A stretch of DNA of 64,000 nucleotides from Anthoceros angustus (lineage: Eukaryota > Plantae > Anthocerotophyta), in contig VJWM01000063.1 of NCBI GenBank assembly GCA_010909165.1, forward strand, positions 682,001-746,000, given 5' to 3'. The notes under the pieces were generated by a model. That model did not search any database and had not been told where the DNA came from. It saw only the letters and a program-made list of their open reading frames with translations. The position numbers and the translations under genes were made by a program. Positions 60,545 to 64,000 of this stretch are shown one piece after another. Every line of letters begins with the position of its first letter. Positions within the stretch are counted from its first letter, which is position 1.

Positions 60545-63275
60545 CTCACCTATCCTGGCGTGAAGAGCTATTCCAAAACAAACTCACTTAACCCAGTGGC
60601 TCAAACTTTTGCGTTCCACAGCAAGCACCTATGCAGTGAAGATGCAATAGCTCATCATCCATGTGAACCTTTTCATCCTAGCCATCAACCTGAGGGAGAG
60701 ACACCAACTCAAGGAGTATCAACATAACGGTCATCTGATTGAGAGCTTACACGCGATCGGACTGCACCCTTGGCTACGAGGAAGGAGACTAATTTCCATT
60801 CTGCTAACATGTCACGTCTGTGGGGGAGTATAGGAACATATAAACATCTCCTGTTAGCAGAGTCGTTAGCCAGCATGGCAATTAGGGATACACACCGCTT
60901 GGAGGAAATTCACACCTCTTCACCAAGAGGCAGCATGCCGCATAAGACTGATTGTGTGCCCACTCTTAAGCTTGAAAAACAATTTCTTCCTTCCATCTAA
61001 AAATTGATCCCGACATGTCTGATTTTACATATTTGGTGATACATTCGAAGAGCCCTTCTGAGATACCTACGAGCTTGCAAAAATAGTTCTCCTCGTCAGT
61101 TGTCAACTCCACAACAACGACTCAATGTCTACCTTGCCTGAAAAAATTCATTGGCCTCAGAACTTTGTACTCTACGCTTATCTTGGACAAGCTTCAAATT
61201 ATGCTTATTTTAGGCAAGGTTATTGTACTTTTCTTAGGCAAGCTTCAAATTATTAGGATCCTAACTATGAAGAGATTAGAAACACACGCCTCACAACTAG
61301 TACATCTCAAGTCGAACACTTGCTTAGGCCTGCACTTCCCCAATGACTTGAATTGAACATTTATGTTTATCTTCCCCAAGGAAAGGTCCCCGCAACCAAG
61401 ATCATGCTCATGTCACCAAGCTAAATCTAGGGGCCTTCATGGGTCCCCCTTTACTTCTTGCCCGGAAGGACGACCCTTCTTCAGTAGGATCGCCTGCCCT
61501 CTTGGCCATGTGCTCTTCACCTTCTTCCTCCCCTTACTTGTGGAACGAGGGAACTTCTGCTCGCATTCATGATGGCGGGTTGATTGTGATTTTGCTCCAC
61601 TGCAAGATCAACCACCTCCTTCACATTTCCTGCAAGGGTCAGGTACTTGCCTCCCCCGCCGCATCCATGCTAGCCCTTGAATTTGCTTCCTCCGGTCCTC
61701 CTACGGTAGGAGTTCCTCCTATCGGGGCCGCTTTCTTCCCACCCCTCCCTAAGGTGGTTCCTTCCTCCTGAAGCCTCCAGCTCCACTCGCCCTTCTTGTC
61801 GCGGAGCCCCTTCACCCTTCACTCCTTCGGGATCCATGTCGCTATGGCGCTCTCCAAGTCTAAGGCTCTTTGGATTTGCATAAGGGCCTCGTCATCATCA
61901 TGGGGTCCCGATCCTTCTCTCAAAGAAGTCGCAACAAGTTAGTTGCCTTGAGTACCTTGTTATGAAGATGGGCTGCTAATCGTTGTTGTGTCATCTCCAC
62001 CTCATCATCTTCAAGCCACACTCCATGCTCACACTTACTCTTGTAAGCATCTCGCCCATGTTCAACTCACCTATCCCGGCGTGAAGAGCTATTCCAAAAC
62101 AAACTCACTTAACCCAGTGGCTCAAACTTTTGCGTTCCACAGCAAGCACCTATGCAGTGAAGATGCAATAGCTCATCATCCATGTGAACCTTTTCATCCT
62201 AGCCATCAACCTGAGGGAGAGACACCAACTCAAGGAGTATCAACATAACGGTCATACGAAGATTGAGAGCTTACAACGCGATCAGGACTCTGCACCCTTG
62301 GCTACGAGGAAGGAGACTAATTTCCATTCTGCTAACATGTCACGTCTGTGGGGGAGTATAGGAACATATAAACATCTCCTGTTAGCAGAGTCGTTAGCCA
62401 GCATGGCAATTAGGGATACACACCGCTTGGAGGAAATTCACACCTCTTCACCAAGAGGCAGCATGCCGCATAAGACTGATTGTGTGCCCACTCTTAAGCT
62501 TGAAAAACAATTTCTTCCTTCCATCTAAAAATTGATCCCGACATGTCTGATTTTACATATTTGGTGATACATTCGAAGAGCCCTTCTGAGATACCTACGA
62601 GCTTGCAAAAATAGTTCTCCTCGTCAGTTGTCAACTCCACAACAACGACTCAATGTCTACCTTGCCTGAAAAAATTCATTGGCCTCAGAACTTTGTACTC
62701 TACGCTTATCTTGGACAAGCTTCAAATTATGCTTATTTTAGGCAAGGTTATTGTACTTTTCTTAGGCAAGCTTCAAATTATTAGGATCCTAACTATGAAG
62801 AGATTAGAAACACACGCCTCACAACTAGTACATCTCAAGTCAGAACACTTGCTTAGGCCTGCACTTCCCCCAATGACTTGAATTGAACATTTGCATTATT
62901 TATTGAGCATCAAAGCCCATGTCCTCATCCTTTAGTAGCTGTGTAAAGGACTCGGGTTCTTGCTGCGTAGCTAGCAATATTCTCACCCACTTTCTCTTTC
63001 CTACACTTCAATTTCTCCTTTCAAAACATACATTTCATAGTTTTGATAAATAGTATATATGATATATTTTATCAGATTAAAAAACTTATTATGAGATATA
63101 ATGATCTAATTATTATTTAGAATATGTCATCATTCCAGCAATCATTTTTATTCAAGTGCTACATAAAGGTGACTCGCTACTTGCTGGGATGTCATACACT
63201 ATATTACAAAAAAATACTTGATGAAGATTTTTACTCTATCTAAAAATAATGTATATTTGAAAACACTAGTTTTCT

Positions 63276-64000
63276 CTACGAAATATGCTTTTTAGGACAA
63301 TTGGAACAAAAAAAATGTTCCAACCGTTCGATTTCCTCTAGTGTCATATGAATACATTTGGGGTGAAACCTGTGTGTACCTCAAGAGGTAAATAATGTTA
63401 CTTTCAAGAGAGAGGCGTGTTTCAAAAAGAGAATAAAAAGGTCACATTCTCTGCTATATAAAAATTTTATCAGTATTGAACAGCTATAACTTACCATTCT
63501 TTACATTGCTCACATTGTACCATCAAATCATCAGGATTGTATGGCATTTCACACTGACAAGTTCTGTAAAACAATGTGATTAGTAGTGCTGGAAAACAAT
63601 GTCATATCAAATGATACATAGAGGTGGAAAAACAATGCGATATCAAATGATAGATATAAGTCGGAACATGTTTTGTAAAGCAATGCAATCAGTGGTGCAG
63701 GAAAAAAATCGATATCAAATGATAGATATAGGTAAAAAATAATTCTTACACGGTCACAGTGTCTGGCATAAATGTTCTATCTTTGCATTTGTAATTAAAC
63801 CGACAGAAGAAATCGTCGAAGTTCGCCTCTTTTAGCTTTGAGTAGTTTTTTAATGTGTGGACTTTGCACTTGTCCTCAACGGTGGCTGCACTAGATGTTT
63901 GATAATGATCTGACAAGAACAATTCTTTTGCGCCATGAAAAGAGTGTCTTCCACTTTCCAAGTCTTCGGGACGATAGTACCATTGAACTTCCAGTAACAC
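63276..64000 (-). CDS. EBS: EBS/SHL-like BAH-PHD chromatin reader, 3' part (exons 63750->64000, 63495-63563, 63276-63369)
   Basis: BAH VQWYYRPED..GRHSFHGAKELFLSDHY..KCKVHTLKNYSKL..DDFFCRF splices GT-AG in frame to PHD TCQCEMPYNPDDLMVQCEQCKEW-FHPKCIHMTLEEIERLEHFFCSNC..*. Confidence 0.9.

Larger units (their letters stand above)
55003..62892. repeat. Overlapping tandem duplications E (55003-57848 / 57849-60687) and F (59780-61357 / 61358-62892)
   Basis: TCACATGGCCTCCC occurs at 55008 and 57854; CATTTATGTTTATCTTCCCCAAGG-like sequence at 57000, 59780 and 61358. Confidence 0.9.

Noticed and set aside
63590-63735. Three ~35-bp repeats (GATATCAAATGATAGATATA core) as a regulatory array
   Set aside because: They fall inside an intron of the BAH-PHD gene and look like ordinary slippage repeats.

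Overview
Nuclear DNA from a non-seed land plant. A hornwort or a small-genome fern fits best, inferred from a DYW:KP-type PPR protein, short GC-rich introns and very tight gene packing. The window has three parts. (1) 1-20.6 kb is a nest of LTR-retrotransposon pieces: two Ty1/copia elements on the minus strand, a Ty3/gypsy-type gag on the plus strand, and two poorly defined elements. (2) 21.1-50.3 kb is a compact island of intact host genes, most encoding organelle-targeted proteins: SEC15, a HIG1-domain microprotein absent from the ORF track, a DUF3082 protein, a PLS-DYW:KP PPR (candidate U-to-C RNA editing factor ending in DYG), FKBP16-1 plus a diverged pseudogene copy, SNAT2/GNAT1, ClpR1, an IST1-like gene and an intronless MSH1. 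(3) 50.6-64 kb holds TE debris (MULE/SWIM-like, copia gag-protease, a possible CACTA-like ORF) and the 3' part of an EBS/SHL-like BAH-PHD gene whose PHD finger lacks one aromatic-cage residue. Seven head-to-tail duplication junctions (units 1.2-2.9 kb) occur across the window. The copies differ mostly by small indels at CG/CHG sites, so many are probably long-read assembly artefacts and many TE frameshifts may not be real. All calls come from reading the sequence; no database searches were run.
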